DNA of 64,000 nucleotides from Octopus sinensis (Eukaryota), in contig NC_042999.1 of assembly GCF_006345805.1 (NCBI RefSeq), forward strand, positions 114,390,001 through 114,454,000, in the 5' to 3' direction. The notes under the pieces were generated by a model that saw only the letters and a program-made list of their open reading frames with translations, ran no database searches and was not told the origin of the DNA. Position numbers and translations under genes: made by a program. Of the stretch, positions 14,008-26,029 are shown one piece after another; the first letter of the stretch is position 1; each line of letters opens with the position of its first letter.

Positions 14008-14189
14008 CTCTCCCTCCCCACCTTCCGACGTATGTCCTTATCTATTGTACTGTGTTATATAGCTTCTTTTGTTTCGTTCGTCCGTCCTTTCTCGTCAGAG
14101 GCACAAACAAGGTGAAGGAAATCTTGTCAGCGAAGTCAAATTATAGTTTATAAGCGCCAATTTGTTCAGAGTAATTCACACACACACAC

Positions 14190-14300
<111 letters not shown>

Positions 14301-15037
14301 TCTCACTGTCTGAAATGAAAAAAAATATTTATGGTCACTATTAAGTTGTCTTCATTTTAGATAAAATAAGACAATTCTTTTTTATTTTTGAGATGTTTCT
14401 CTTCCGTGGTTTTGTTACAATCTTCACATAAACAAAAACACTAAAAGAGAAAAAAAAGAAAAAGAAGTAAAAAAAGCCATCAACACCACTTTCATCGATG
14501 ACAACAACAACAATGAGAGCAACAACAACAGCAATACAAAATTTATAAGTGTAATTCGTTGTTTAGAAAATAGAAGCAAAAAAAAAAATATTTAAGAAAT
14601 TAACAAAGCTAAGTAAGATACATCTAGATCTAAAAAGTGATGTTGCTTCAATGTTGACTAGTTTTAGAAAAGACTTATTTATCAATATGTGTGTGTACAA
14701 AACAATTACAAAGAATTCGCAGACAGGTAACGTCTTTGTATTTTTAACTTTTTCCTTTTTTTCTTTTTACAGTAAATTATGTTGTGAAATTAAAAGGAGA
14801 AATATGATGTACAAATCTCCGTACTCTTTGTAATTGTTTTGGATTTACGCTCCCGTAAATATTTATAATCCAACGAAGCGAACCCAGGATTTACTCATCG
14901 GATGAAATACATTGGGATTGCTCACTCTACGTAATCCTTGGTGCGTCTTACTATTTGATGCGGTTAGTCTGCACTTGGACTGCACTTGAGTGCTCAGGAT
15001 TGCACCTGAGTGCTGACGAGATAATATATCCTTTTAC

Positions 15038-15645
15038 AAAGGCGGCGAGCTGGCAGAAACGTTAGCACGCCGGGCGAAATGCTTTGCAGTATTTCGTCTG
15101 TCGTTACGTTCTGAGTTCAAATTCCGCCGAAGTCGACTTTGCCTTTCATCCTTTCGGGGTCGATTAAATAAGTACCAGTTACGCACTGGGGTCGATGTAA
15201 TCAACTTACTCCATTTGTCTGTCCTTGTTTGTCCCCTCTGTGTGTAGCTCCTTGTGGGCAGTAAAGAAATAAGAAACGTTAGCACGCCGGGCGAAATGCT
15301 TTGCAGCATTTCGTCTGCATTTACGTTTTGAGTTCAAATTCCGCCGAGGTCGACTTTGCCTTTCATCTTTCGGAGTCGATTAAATAAGTACGAGTCACGC
15401 ACTGGGGTCGATATAATCGACTTAATCCGTTTGTCTGTCCTTGTTTGTCCTCTCTGTGTGTAGCTCTTGTGGGTGGTACAAGAAATAGGTATTTCGTCTG
15501 TCTTTACGTTCTAGTTCAAATTTCGCCGAGGTCGACTTTGCCTTTCGTCCTTTCGGGGTCGATAAATAAGTACCAGTTGCGTACTAGGGTCGATTTAATC
15601 GACTGCCCCCTCCCCCAAAACTTTCGTGCTGTGTGCTTAGGTTAG
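15038..15645 (+). mobile_element. head-to-tail trimer of SINE family A
   Basis: Three successive GAGTTCAAATT.CGCCGAGGTCGACTTTGCCTTTC units at about 15113, 15330 and 15511, joined by AAGAAATAAGAAACG/AAGAAATAGGTA linkers. Confidence 0.9.
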
Positions 15646-15691
15646 AAAAGAATATATCCCTTTATACTCATTATATATATACATATATATT

Positions 15692-16046
15692 CTTTTATTC
15701 TTTTACTTGTTCCAGTCATTTGACTGCGGCCACGCTGAAGCGCCGCTTTGAATGGTTTTATTCGAATGAATCGACCCTAGGACATATATTTTTAAAGCCT
15801 AGTACTTATTCTATCAGTCGCTTTTGCTATCAGTTTCTTTTGTCAAACCGCCAAGTCACGGGGACGTAAACACACCAACACCGGTTGTAAAGCGGTGATG
15901 GGGGAACAAATACAGACACAAACACGCACACACATAGCTACACACACGCACACACACACATATACACGGCGGGCTTCTTTCAGTTTCCGTCTACCAAATC
16001 CACTCACAATGTTTTGGTCGGCCTGAGGCTATAGTAGAAGAAACTT
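15692..16046 (-). mobile_element. SINE family B, 5'-truncated
   Basis: Tail CTTTTACTTGTTCCAGTCATTTGACTGCGGCC to GGCGGGCTTCTTTCAGTTTCCGTCTACCAAATCCACTCAC. Confidence 0.85.
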
Positions 16047-17200
16047 ATTAAAATTTCTTTAGAAGAAGAGAGATTGGATATCCTATTACTAATGCTAGCT
16101 ATCAAGTTTTTAAACACTATAGGGGATGGTAGGAGTGTTTATGTATGTAGGAAAGTTTCTCAATAGGCTTAGGTTTATATGAATGAGTTTAGATCTAGGG
16201 AAATTTCTAAAAATCGACTTTTGATAGATTTTGATTTTGAGGCATAATTGACTAAAGGTAGGGATGAGTTTTTACCTAAATTTATCAAAAGTGTCACTAT
16301 CACAACCATGGAAAATTTCCAATTCCTCGTCAGTAGAGACCAACATCGTAGGATGGGGACTTGGATCTCAGTGTATTTAATATAAAGAGACCTACAAGAT
16401 CGCAGATGTCAGCACTGTCATGCCAAAACATCAATACATAGAACAATTCATCTGCATCGGATTTTAAAATCCATACTGAGCCCTTACTAAATAGGCGTGT
16501 TTTTGTCGCATGCATGATAAAGTCTAGGTCTATGTGGTCAAAATCAACATGACTTTGCAAGCTCAATGGCCTTAACAAGCTGCGATCTGGTTATAGAAGG
16601 ATAAAAAATAAACTATAATATTATATCGTGTAAATGTAGCTCTATTCTTAACCTTTAAATTCTTAAGCCGATCTACTACATATTTCTATTATCCCATTAT
16701 TGTAGCATTGTAGTCCATCCGATTCTGATATTAATATTCCTTAGTATATTTTTGCTACTAACCCGATTTCAGACCTCGTTAGGTTTAACAATTTCTGACA
16801 CCTTATTACTGAAATTAAGTGATTTTTTATAGTGATAAAAGCTTCTCTTTTTGCTAAGTATTCTAATCTATCATCAGTTCAATATTACTACATTTAGAGA
16901 TCAATTTAGCCTCATTATTAATATCATTGTATCTGTCTATGTTAGATTTCTTGTATTTAGTGGAAATGGTGTCAGTCAGCAACTTATCATAAAGATCATT
17001 ATTGACGTCGTACAGGCTGTTGCTCTTTTCAGAAAATACAAGCTTTTTTTTTTAGAGCTTATAAAATTTCTAACATCAGATTTTAGTTTGGCTTCAAAGG
17101 GATTATAATATTTATGGAATTTAACTTTTAGTTTTACAATCAAATTTAGAGATTACATTGATCTTTCGAAGGTTGAATGATGAAATTATGAATGACCAAT
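16047..17200 (-). mobile_element. old Penelope-like element, reverse transcriptase relic
   Basis: ORF 16330-16578 contains DSADICDLVGLFILNTL...DVGLY, followed by a frameshifted RDDG equivalent. Upstream FYPSITRSQLVKAIELAK and downstream SYKPKP..KLSYIHKHSYHP match PLE RT motifs. Confidence 0.8.
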
Positions 17201-17279
17201 GTAATCTATAAATTTGACAGTAAAACTGAAAGGACTCTAACTGTTACATTCGACATACTAGCACAATATTTTCACGTAA

Positions 17280-17700
17280 GCTACTATGCACTTACAAGAA
17301 GAGTCTATTACAAATCATTATACCACACACCACAAAGCAAAATTAGGCAGAAATATACTAGAGAAGAATACTTACATTTACTATAGAATTCCCCATCAAA
17401 ATATAAGATTAATAATGGAACCCATACTCATAACGCAATGCCATGCCCAAATGAGCATGCAAACAATACATACATCAAAATATTTACACATGAACATAAA
17501 AAATTCAATGGTCAAAACTTTGGCCGCAACAAACAAATCAACACGTGACTGCTGATTTGACGGGTCATGAATTCAACCAGTCTATAAGAAACAATGTAGG
17601 CGCCAAATATATTCAATTCTTGAAAATGAAACTGTGAAAGTCTTGAAACGACGAATATGAACTCAGGAACTTAAAAAGCTAATAAAAAGTTCGAGAGATC
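17280..17700 (+). mobile_element. possible GIY-YIG/3' end of a PLE, inverted relative to the adjacent RT
   Basis: Weak motif remnants NTYIYY, TSKYLHMNIK, IQWSK and CRRQIY, in the order expected for the PLE endonuclease tail. Confidence 0.35.
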
Positions 17701-17763
17701 AAAAATAAAATGATAAAACTTGAACACAGTCGTGTATTTAATGAAACATAGATATCTATCTAC

Positions 17764-17842
<79 letters not shown>

Positions 17843-17845
17843 GTG

Positions 17846-17876
<31 letters not shown>

Positions 17877-17896
17877 TGAGTGTATGTGTGTGTGCG

Positions 17897-17960
<64 letters not shown>

Positions 17961-18469
17961 TGAGTAGTGAGAGAGAAAGACAGTAACGGTACAGAGAAAT
18001 ATATGTTTTCTACGTGTACCCGTTTCTTCATTATTTTTTTTGGGTGAAAAAAGAAAATGAAACAGAAAAGAGATGCTTAACTTTTTTGGTGCCGTTGACA
18101 GAAATAAGAGAAAATATTCGAAAATTTACTTATATTAAAAAAAAAAAAAAGAAAAAATAGATATATTAAATGAAAAATGTAATATCTTATTAAACTCTTA
18201 GTTTGATTAAAACACATAAATTTATAGTTTTACTATTATTTTTTTTTAAATAGCTAAATCTTGCGTCTGTAAGCTCCTTTATAGAAATAGTCCGAATTAT
18301 AAGGAAAAATTGTTCCGAGCCGTCAGATTATTGTAAAACCCTATTAATGGACTAAAAGTGTGCATTAGTATATTTTGCACTTCTTTTGTACCTTTTGTAA
18401 ATCCTGTCTACCAATGTTCAAAAGCAACAGGATATATTGTTGTTGGTTTATCTGGGTTTTTTTTTTACA

Positions 18470-18514
18470 TTTAACTGAAGAGACGAAAACAGGTCGAAAT
18501 ATTGGTGTCTTAAA
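18470..18514 (+). ncRNA. minimal type I hammerhead ribozyme
   Basis: TTTAA-CTGAAGA-GAC(GAAAACAG)GTC-GAAA-TAT(TG)GTG-TC-TTAAA: intact core, GUC cleavage triplet, 5-bp stem I, 3-bp stem II, weak stem III with G-U pairs. Confidence 0.7.
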
Positions 18515-19006
18515 ATTCCCCTTAGTCACTAAATCGAGTGTATTGTGAACACACATCGCCTGAATGCAGGTATTCTCTGAAGGCGAAATACGACAGCGAT
18601 TAGCATATTCACGTTCAAATCTGCCGGAACCTGCTTAGAATGAAAATGTACATCATAGATTTGATTCGCGCTATTTTACATGATCGTGATAGCCTATTAT
18701 GGATTTAGTTTCTGATACTACGCTATCTCTCACTGTTGCTGAATGTTATGATTTAAAGACACATGAATACTCTCACAGGATAAAAGATTTAACCCCTTTT
18801 GAGGCAGACTTCTTTGATTCACTCACCAATATTAAATGTATATGAACATAATGACACGTGCATGGATATGTGTATGTGCGTATGTGCGTGTATTGTATGT
18901 ATGTATGTATGTATGTATGTATGTTTACATATGTATAGACATATATATATATATTTACACACATATGTGTGTTTGTAAGTATATGTTACACGCGTGTATG
19001 AGTATG

Positions 19007-19094
19007 TCTCGTCCGATCACCGAAGTTAAGCAACATCGAGCCTAGTTAGTACTTGGATGGGTGACCGCTTGGGAACCCTAGGTGCTGTAAGCAT
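19007..19094 (+). pseudogene. 5S rRNA pseudogene, 5'-truncated (about the last 88 nt)
   Basis: TCTCGTCCGATCACCGAAGTTAAGCAACATCGAGCCTAGTTAGTACTTGGATGGGTGACCGCTTGGGAACCCTAGGTGCTGTAAGCAT matches metazoan 5S including the internal control region; the first ~30 nt are missing. Confidence 0.92.
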
Positions 19095-19156
19095 CAAGGG
19101 CGGTGCCCCAGCATGGCCTCAGCCGGATGGCTGAAACAAGTAAAAGAGTAAAAGAG
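19095..19156 (+). mobile_element. 3' tail of SINE family B fused to the 5S copy
   Basis: AAGGGCGGTGCCCCAGCATGGCC...GGCTGAAACAAGTAAAAGAGTAAAAGAG versus AAGGCGGTGTTCCAGCTTGGCC...GACTGAAACAAGTAAAAGAG at 62969-63020. Confidence 0.85.
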
Positions 19157-19206
<50 letters not shown>

Positions 19207-19320
19207 TGTATATGTGTGTGTGTGTGCATATGCAGATTCTATGAACAAAGTTTTACTTTCTCAACACTATTGGAGTAATTTCCCTTTATTCAACGGGTTT
19301 TTTTCATAGCGTTTTTGTTT

Positions 19321-19391
19321 GTCTTAATAACTGATGAGATGCCGGAGCAGACTTCAGCCCCGGCATCCGAAACTCTGAGTTTTATTATGAC
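19321..19391 (+). ncRNA. type I hammerhead ribozyme with intact core
   Basis: GTCTTAATAA-CTGATGA-GATGCCGG(..)CCGGCATC-C-GAAA-CTC(T)GAG-TT-TTATTATGAC. Stem I is 9/10 paired, stem II 8 bp, stem III has a 1-nt loop. Confidence 0.88.
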
Positions 19392-19408
19392 AACCAACTA
19401 ATTGTCAC

Positions 19409-19489
<81 letters not shown>

Positions 19490-19689
19490 AAAAAAATATA
19501 GATATATATATTTATAGACATGACCTGTTAAATAACCGTTTCAGTGTATAGAAAATTCAATTTCTGTTATGGTGGCAATAATATTCATTATTTCCAGCCG
19601 TCTCCGACTTAGAAAATAGAATGAGAGAGAAGAAGAGAGAAAAAGAAGAGATATAGAGGGAAGAATAGATAGATAGATAATAGAGACAA

Positions 19690-19739
<50 letters not shown>

Positions 19740-20312
19740 TTAAAGGGAGAGAGAGAGAGAGAGATAGAGTGGGGAGAGCGTTACAAGAAGATGGGATGGA
19801 AAGTTTAATTAGGCGACTGGCTGCTACTGTCAATCACAATAGCAGAGAAACGGAGACTCTTTAATTACAGATGTCTCTCACTTATCAAATTCAACGAACA
19901 CAACAGATAGACAGGTGCTGGGAAAAGCCAAAGACCTTCAAATTAATTACATATATACAAAAAAGAAAGGTATAAAAAAAATTGCTTTAAAAATGTAAAA
20001 GAAAAATAAACTGAAATAGATAAGTGAAATAATAAATGAATCCACTCTCTTTCAGAGATAAATATATATATGTATGTTAAGCTGAGAGTGGTTGCGGCGG
20101 CGAGGATCCCGTTCTCGTTTCGATCGAAATAAAACAAACGCATATCTCTTATGTGTCATCGATATATACATACGTGCTTGCATGCATGCATACATACATA
20201 CATACATACATACATACATACATACATACATACATACATACATACATGCATGCATGCATGCATACATACATACATACATACATACATACATACATACATA
20301 CATACATACATG

Positions 20313-20344
<32 letters not shown>

Positions 20345-20580
20345 CATACATACATACATACATACATACATGCATGCATACATATATATGCGCGTACATA
20401 CTGACACATAAACGCTCACATATCTATATATATATTAATAAACATATAGATGTATACACTATCTATCTGTCTGTCTATCTATCTATCTATCTATCTTTCT
20501 ATCTATCTATCGATCGATCTATCTATCTTTATATCTATCTATCAGTCTGTTAGTGCCTGTCTATATACATACATGCATAC

Positions 20581-20634
<54 letters not shown>

Positions 20635-20819
20635 TCACACACACACAAACGCATACGCGTACGTATTGTTTCTACAAGGTTAGCAGTTTTTAGTTACTTT
20701 CGTTGGACAGTATGACGAAGGCAAAGTTCGAACTGTCACTTTTCCTCGTGAAAACAGAAATTAATATAATACTCCATTGAAATGTGTTTCAATTATATAA
20801 AGCTGTGTTTTATACGTAG

Positions 20820-20970
20820 GGATGGTTGTGTGGTAAGAAGTTTATTTCCAAACCACATTGTTCCGGGTTCAGTTACACTGAATGGCACCTTGGGCAAGTG
20901 TCTTCTACTGTATCTCCGTGCCAACCAAAGCTTTGTAAGTAGCGAGTAGACGGAAACTAAAAGAAGTCTG
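20820..20970 (+). mobile_element. SINE family B, 5' part
   Basis: GGTTGTGTGGTAAGAAG...GTTCCGGGTTCAG...GGCACCTTGGGCAAGTGTCTTCTAC. Confidence 0.85.
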
Positions 20971-20984
20971 TTGCTATGGTTACA

Positions 20985-21600
20985 ACATAGCGCCAAGTTA
21001 ACAGCGGAGTTCGAAGGGTCCAACATCACCACACTAAGAAGCTTGTAACAGTGCAGCAGATGAGCTACAGGGAGAGGCTGAAAAACTACGACTTTACTAC
21101 CTGGAGCAAAGACGTATGTATGTATGTATGTATGTATGTATGTATGTATGTATGTATGTATGTATGTATGTATGTATGTATGTATGTATGTATGTATGTA
21201 TGTATGTATGTATGTATGTATGTATGTATGCATGCATGTATGTATATATCGATGACACATAAGAGATATTATGCGTTTGTTTTATTTCTACATATGGAAA
21301 AGTTTGGAAAGGCTTGTACCTAATTTTGGCATTGAGCATTATACAAATGCCCGAACTGGACACCGTTTTATTGTACCAAAGGCACTGTCCACTCCATATA
21401 CAGTCAGGACCAGATACTACTATAACTTAGAATTCAAAGGCGCACAAAAATTAAGAAACGTACACAATGTGGACGTGGATATCTTCAAAAAGGAGCTAGA
21501 CCTTCTCTTCTCTACTATACCGGACGAAACAAGAGCCCAGCATGAGGTACTGATGAGGACAGCGGTATCAAAGTTCCTCATACACCAAATAGGCTAATAA
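20985..21600 (+). mobile_element. CR1-clade LINE 3' fragment interrupted by (ATGT)n
   Basis: MSYRERLK(N/E)LRLYYLEQRR, then YIWKSLERLVPNFGIEHYTNARTG...LEFKGAQ...DVDIFKKELDLLFSTIPDE...LMRTAVS..LIHQ. Confidence 0.8.
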
Positions 21601-21800
21601 CGAAATGATAAGCACATACAAGAATGGAGATATGAAATCCCACCACAAACACACACATATATATTTACGAGAGGCTTCTTTCAGTTTCTATCTACCAAAT
21701 ACGGACTGAGATCTTAAGAGACACGTGGTTTATAAATGCACGATGCGATGCATTAAATGTTTATAAATCCATCCAAGAATTATTATTGTTGTTATTATTA

Positions 21801-21899
<99 letters not shown>

Positions 21900-21904
21900 C
21901 ACAT

Positions 21905-22165
21905 GTGTGTGTATGTGTCTTTATGTTCAAGCTCTCGCCACCGCTTGACAGCCTGCATCGGTTTGTTTACATGCACGTAACTTAGCGCTTCACCACACAC
22001 ATACACACACACACGAGAGGCTTCTTTCAGTTTCTGTCCGCCAAATCTATTCCCAAGGTATTAGTAAGCCTGGGTCTATAATAGAAGGCACTTGTCGAAG
22101 ATGCCATGCAGTGGGATTGAACCCAGAACTATATGGTCGAGAAGCATGCTTCTTACCCACACAGC
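21905..22165 (-). mobile_element. SINE family B
   Basis: GAGGCTTCTTTCAGTTTC...CACTTGTCGAAGATGCCATGCAGTGGGATTGAACCCAGAAC...CTTACCCACACAGCC. Confidence 0.8.
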
Positions 22166-22544
22166 CCGTACAACAGTTTAGTAAAAGGCTCATTAAACTA
22201 GGTGGTGGATAGAGAAATTTCAGATTTGTTTATATTTCCACTGTCACGCACAAAATAACAGCTTCCAAATCTTGTTTTCTGACTGGTAAAAATTATCAAA
22301 ATTCAAACCTCTGTAACTTTCTTAAAAATTTTTCCGGAGAAAGTGAATTATCTCCTGAGATTCAGCGTGGAAAATTACATCAATACACCAAATTTTAAAA
22401 TTTTCACTAAATTTTAAAATTTCCACTGGTGCTTAATTCTGAATCTGGATCACTTTCAGCCATATGAATTTTAAACATACACAAATTTTACTTCAGTTTT
22501 CTCGAGAATTTTTGCCTGGTCTTGCTTGAAAAAAAAATGTGGTA

Positions 22545-22622
22545 ACTTAAGTGTAGCTCGGCGATCAGGGAGTTTTGATAGGTCGAGCCGTTACTTCTCC
22601 GCATTGCGAGGTCACAAAGACA
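22545..22622 (+). mobile_element. RTE LINE short fragment
   Basis: Reads SSAIREF**VEPLLLRIARSQ; homologous to 24548-24620. Confidence 0.6.
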
Positions 22623-23723
22623 TGCACGCGCACACATACATACAAACATTACACACACACACATATAAATATCAGAAAATGTTACTTGTGATAGGCTGGT
22701 TTTATCACTTGCCCCATTCCATATAATAAAACCGAGATGTAATCACCAGATATAATGGATATTTGTTTATATTTTTATGTACTATATTCTCAAATGGAGT
22801 CCACTCAAATTCCCTACACCCACTGGACTCCAACCCTATTTAATAGCTTTATATTTCAATGAGTGGCTATACGTACAAGACATAGGAACACACATTACAA
22901 AAGTAAAATCTTTTCTAAACATTTAAACATTAATTTTTTGCTTTATTTTGGAAAACGTGCATATAAATTAGTTATCAAATGAGTTTATTTTGTGCTTAAT
23001 AATTGGTATGTCTAGTGTTTTATAGAATTTTTCTCGTATATAATTCACTACATAATTATATCTCGTTTCTTGTTAATAGAAAAGACGCCAATGTTATGAA
23101 GGAACAATATAATAAAGGTCAGGATTAACAAAAAATATTCCACCTTTTTGAAACGTCTCTTTCGAAAATTCCATTGAAATGGAGCCATAAACGGAATAAT
23201 TTTAGTTAAATGCAATAAATTAAAATGAATTTTAGGTTTATATATCATTCCTACACGCCTGTTTGAATAAGCATTTTATTTTTGTTTTAATGATTTCTTT
23301 TTTCTATTTTGAAAGTATCTCGTTAGAGCCAGACAATTATAACGTCTCATCAATAACACGCGATGTTATGTGATATTGAAGCGAAATACCAGAATGAATT
23401 AAGTATTGAACGAACTTAAACCATACGTTGCGAGTTCAAATCTACCGTAGGCACTCCGTTGTGGTTCGAAGCAAAACGCTTTATGTGTATTGGTTCACTT
23501 TTACTTCTGTGTCAGTTGTGGAAAGTAGATCACGCAGGAATGTTAGCCAGTCGTAGACTGGGTGGAAATTTTGTCTTTCATTTATATAACGCCATAAAAC
23601 GAGCAGGTATTCCTTACAATCTCCTCAAAATATATCGGTAATGTTATTCTGTTTGTAATGTGTTCGGATGTTACGCTTTAAAGAATTTCAGCTATGAAAC
23701 GAAATCGAAGAGACAATCGAAAT

Positions 23724-23976
23724 CAGTGATTCTCAACCAATTTTTTGCCTACAGACCCCTTTGATTCCTATTCTAATCAGGAAGATGTGGGTGCTGACAT
23801 AAAACAACCACTATATATTTGTTAGTAGGAATTGCATAAATTACAATTAACTGATAAATGTTAGAAGGAATTGCAAAAAAAATATGAAATTAATTTGTGT
23901 ATTGTAGAAATATGACTAATTTATTGCACCTATGTGGACCCCCAAGGGCCGTATGGACTCTGGTTGAGGACCATTG
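23724..23976. mobile_element. hAT-type MITE
   Basis: TIRs CAGTGATTCTCAACC / GGTTGAGGACCATTG; 8-bp TSD ATCGAAAT / ATCTAAAT (7/8). Confidence 0.85.
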
Positions 23977-24148
23977 ATCTAAATCTATGATACTGTAAAA
24001 CAACGTTATGATGGTCTATAAATTTATGCTTGAAATAAGAATAAGGGCGTTTATAAACTGTTGAATGTTCACATTTTATAATGTTTATATAGACAACCGG
24101 GACTTGTGGAATTTACACGGGCCTTACTAGTCAATATTAAAATAAATG

Positions 24149-24394
24149 CGCCCTTTTAAAGCCTAGCCAGGCTCATGGGCCCGGTTTCCCGGTTTCTATG
24201 GCGTATGTGTTTCCCAGCTGGACGGGACGACAGTCCATCACAGCGTTAATCATTCTTGCCAGCTGAGTGGACTAGAGCAACGTGAAATGAAGTGTTTTTC
24301 TCAAGAACACAACGCGTCGCCCGGTTCAGGAATCGAAACCGCAATCTTACGACCATGATGCTGACACTCTACCCACTAAGCCACGCGCCTCCAC
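24149..24394 (-). mobile_element. tRNA-type SINE family C
   Basis: Minus-strand head GTGGAGGCGCGTGGCTTAGTGG...GCGGTTTCGATTCCTGAACCGGGCGAC has A/B-box-like motifs; relatives at 45255-45495, 52870-53100 and 47190-47290. Confidence 0.85.
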
Positions 24395-24504
24395 AACTAG
24401 TCAATATTAGCATTATAATATTATTAATTTGATCTGTTATTGGTACGACGAGCTCTTTAGGTATACAAAATATTTTTCTTTTACATGTATATAAGAATGC
24501 AAGA

Positions 24505-24895
24505 GGCCGAAATGGGGTTCCCCCCAACGGATCCCCGGAGAAAAGTTTTTCGACTGGGTACGGAGCTCGGAAATCAGGGTATCTCCCCAGATCGAGTCGC
24601 TACTTCTCTGCATTGACAGACCACGACTTCAGTACTACAGACATGTAATTAGAATGTTGCAAGAAAGAGTTGCAAGACATATTCTTCAAGTGGAGCCCAC
24701 CGGCAGCGGGTAGGAACCTAGGAGTACACATAGAACGAGATAATCGGATAATATCCATAATCTAACTTGATCATGCTTGGGAGTCCAGCCGGAACGTTTA
24801 ATGACGGTTGCTTCTGATTGGACGTTGTGAAAGAGGTGCCCGAGGACTTCACCCCCACACCCCTTGTAAAAGTACTGGGCGGTGAAGATGGGATA
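24505..24895 (+). mobile_element. RTE-clade LINE 3' fragment
   Basis: VRSSEIRVSPQIESLLLCIDRPRLQYYRHVIRMLQERVARHILQVEPTG...LGVQPERLMTVASD. Confidence 0.8.
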
Positions 24896-25704
24896 AATGT
24901 ATATAAGAGATTCTCCTTGATAGGCTACCAGATTACTAGTTGAAGGGTCGAGGCCGTAGTCACCATAGGTGTTGCACTGATCAGCATATAGAAAAATTAG
25001 TCTTGCTGATTAAACCACAAATAGACTGATATTTACAATCACTAAATTGTAAACAGATCTCATGGGTAAACAGAGGCCAACATTTTAAAACTAAGTAATG
25101 TTTCGTTAGCTTTCTATGTTAAGTTAGAATCAGCCAAAGGACATGTAAAAAGTTACGAGAAGATACTGTCGTCCCCTTTCTTAGATCGGAACCCATCTAT
25201 CGTCTCGACCAATTGCAAAATGACACAATATGGCTTTGATAAAGATCTGGGTATGTTAGATCACGCGCAACAGTTTATTTAATGTTAATTTCCTTATTAA
25301 GTATTTAGTCATACAATTTCGAACCACATTGTGATAAGTAAACAAGATGGTAACACCATATGTTTTAATCTCTCCGAGAGCAAAAATGAAAGCTATGTGA
25401 CTAATTTCTAGCTTTCTTAGTGTTTCGAGAAAAAAAGCACCCATCTCCAATGTAAGCAGCTTATAATTATTTAGACGGACCAATTTAGCTGTTGTGTCTG
25501 GGGAGAGCCATTTTCTTTTTGTGCCTTTTAATTTAATACACTCACCGGTAAAATTTCCACTTATTCCTTATTTTTATTTTCCTATATATTCCACAGTGAG
25601 GGCATGTTTGTCTATCATAATATAGAGAGGCATTCCGTTTATTACATTACATATTATCCACAAAATGCTGTGCATTTATATTACTAATTTATCAAATATC
25701 TACG

Positions 25705-25925
25705 TTATGGCGGTGAGCTGGCAGAACTGCTAGCACGCCGTGCGAAATGCTTAGCAGTGTTTCGTCTGCCGTTACGTTTTGAGTTCAAATTTCACCGAAA
25801 TCAACTTTGAGGTTCATCCTTTTGGAGTCGATAGAATAAGTATCAGGCACACACTGGAGACGATGTAATCGACTAGCCCCCTTTTCTTCCAAAATTTTCA
25901 AGGCCTTGTGCCTAGAGTAGAAATA
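25705..25925 (+). mobile_element. SINE family A, full length
   Basis: GGCGGTGAGCTGGCAGAA through CAAGGCCTTGTGCCTAGAGTAGAAA. Confidence 0.88.
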
Positions 25926-26029
25926 ATTAATTATCTACGTCGTCAGTGCACAAATTGTTATGTAAATTAAAAGGAGGAGTTTAGTGGTTTATTGGATATT
26001 ATCTAAAGTACGTTACGCAGTGTATTATT

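Noticed and set aside
21540-21580. CTGATGAGG as a hammerhead core
   Set aside because: Part of the CR1 ORF end (EVLMRTAVS); no GAAA or stems.
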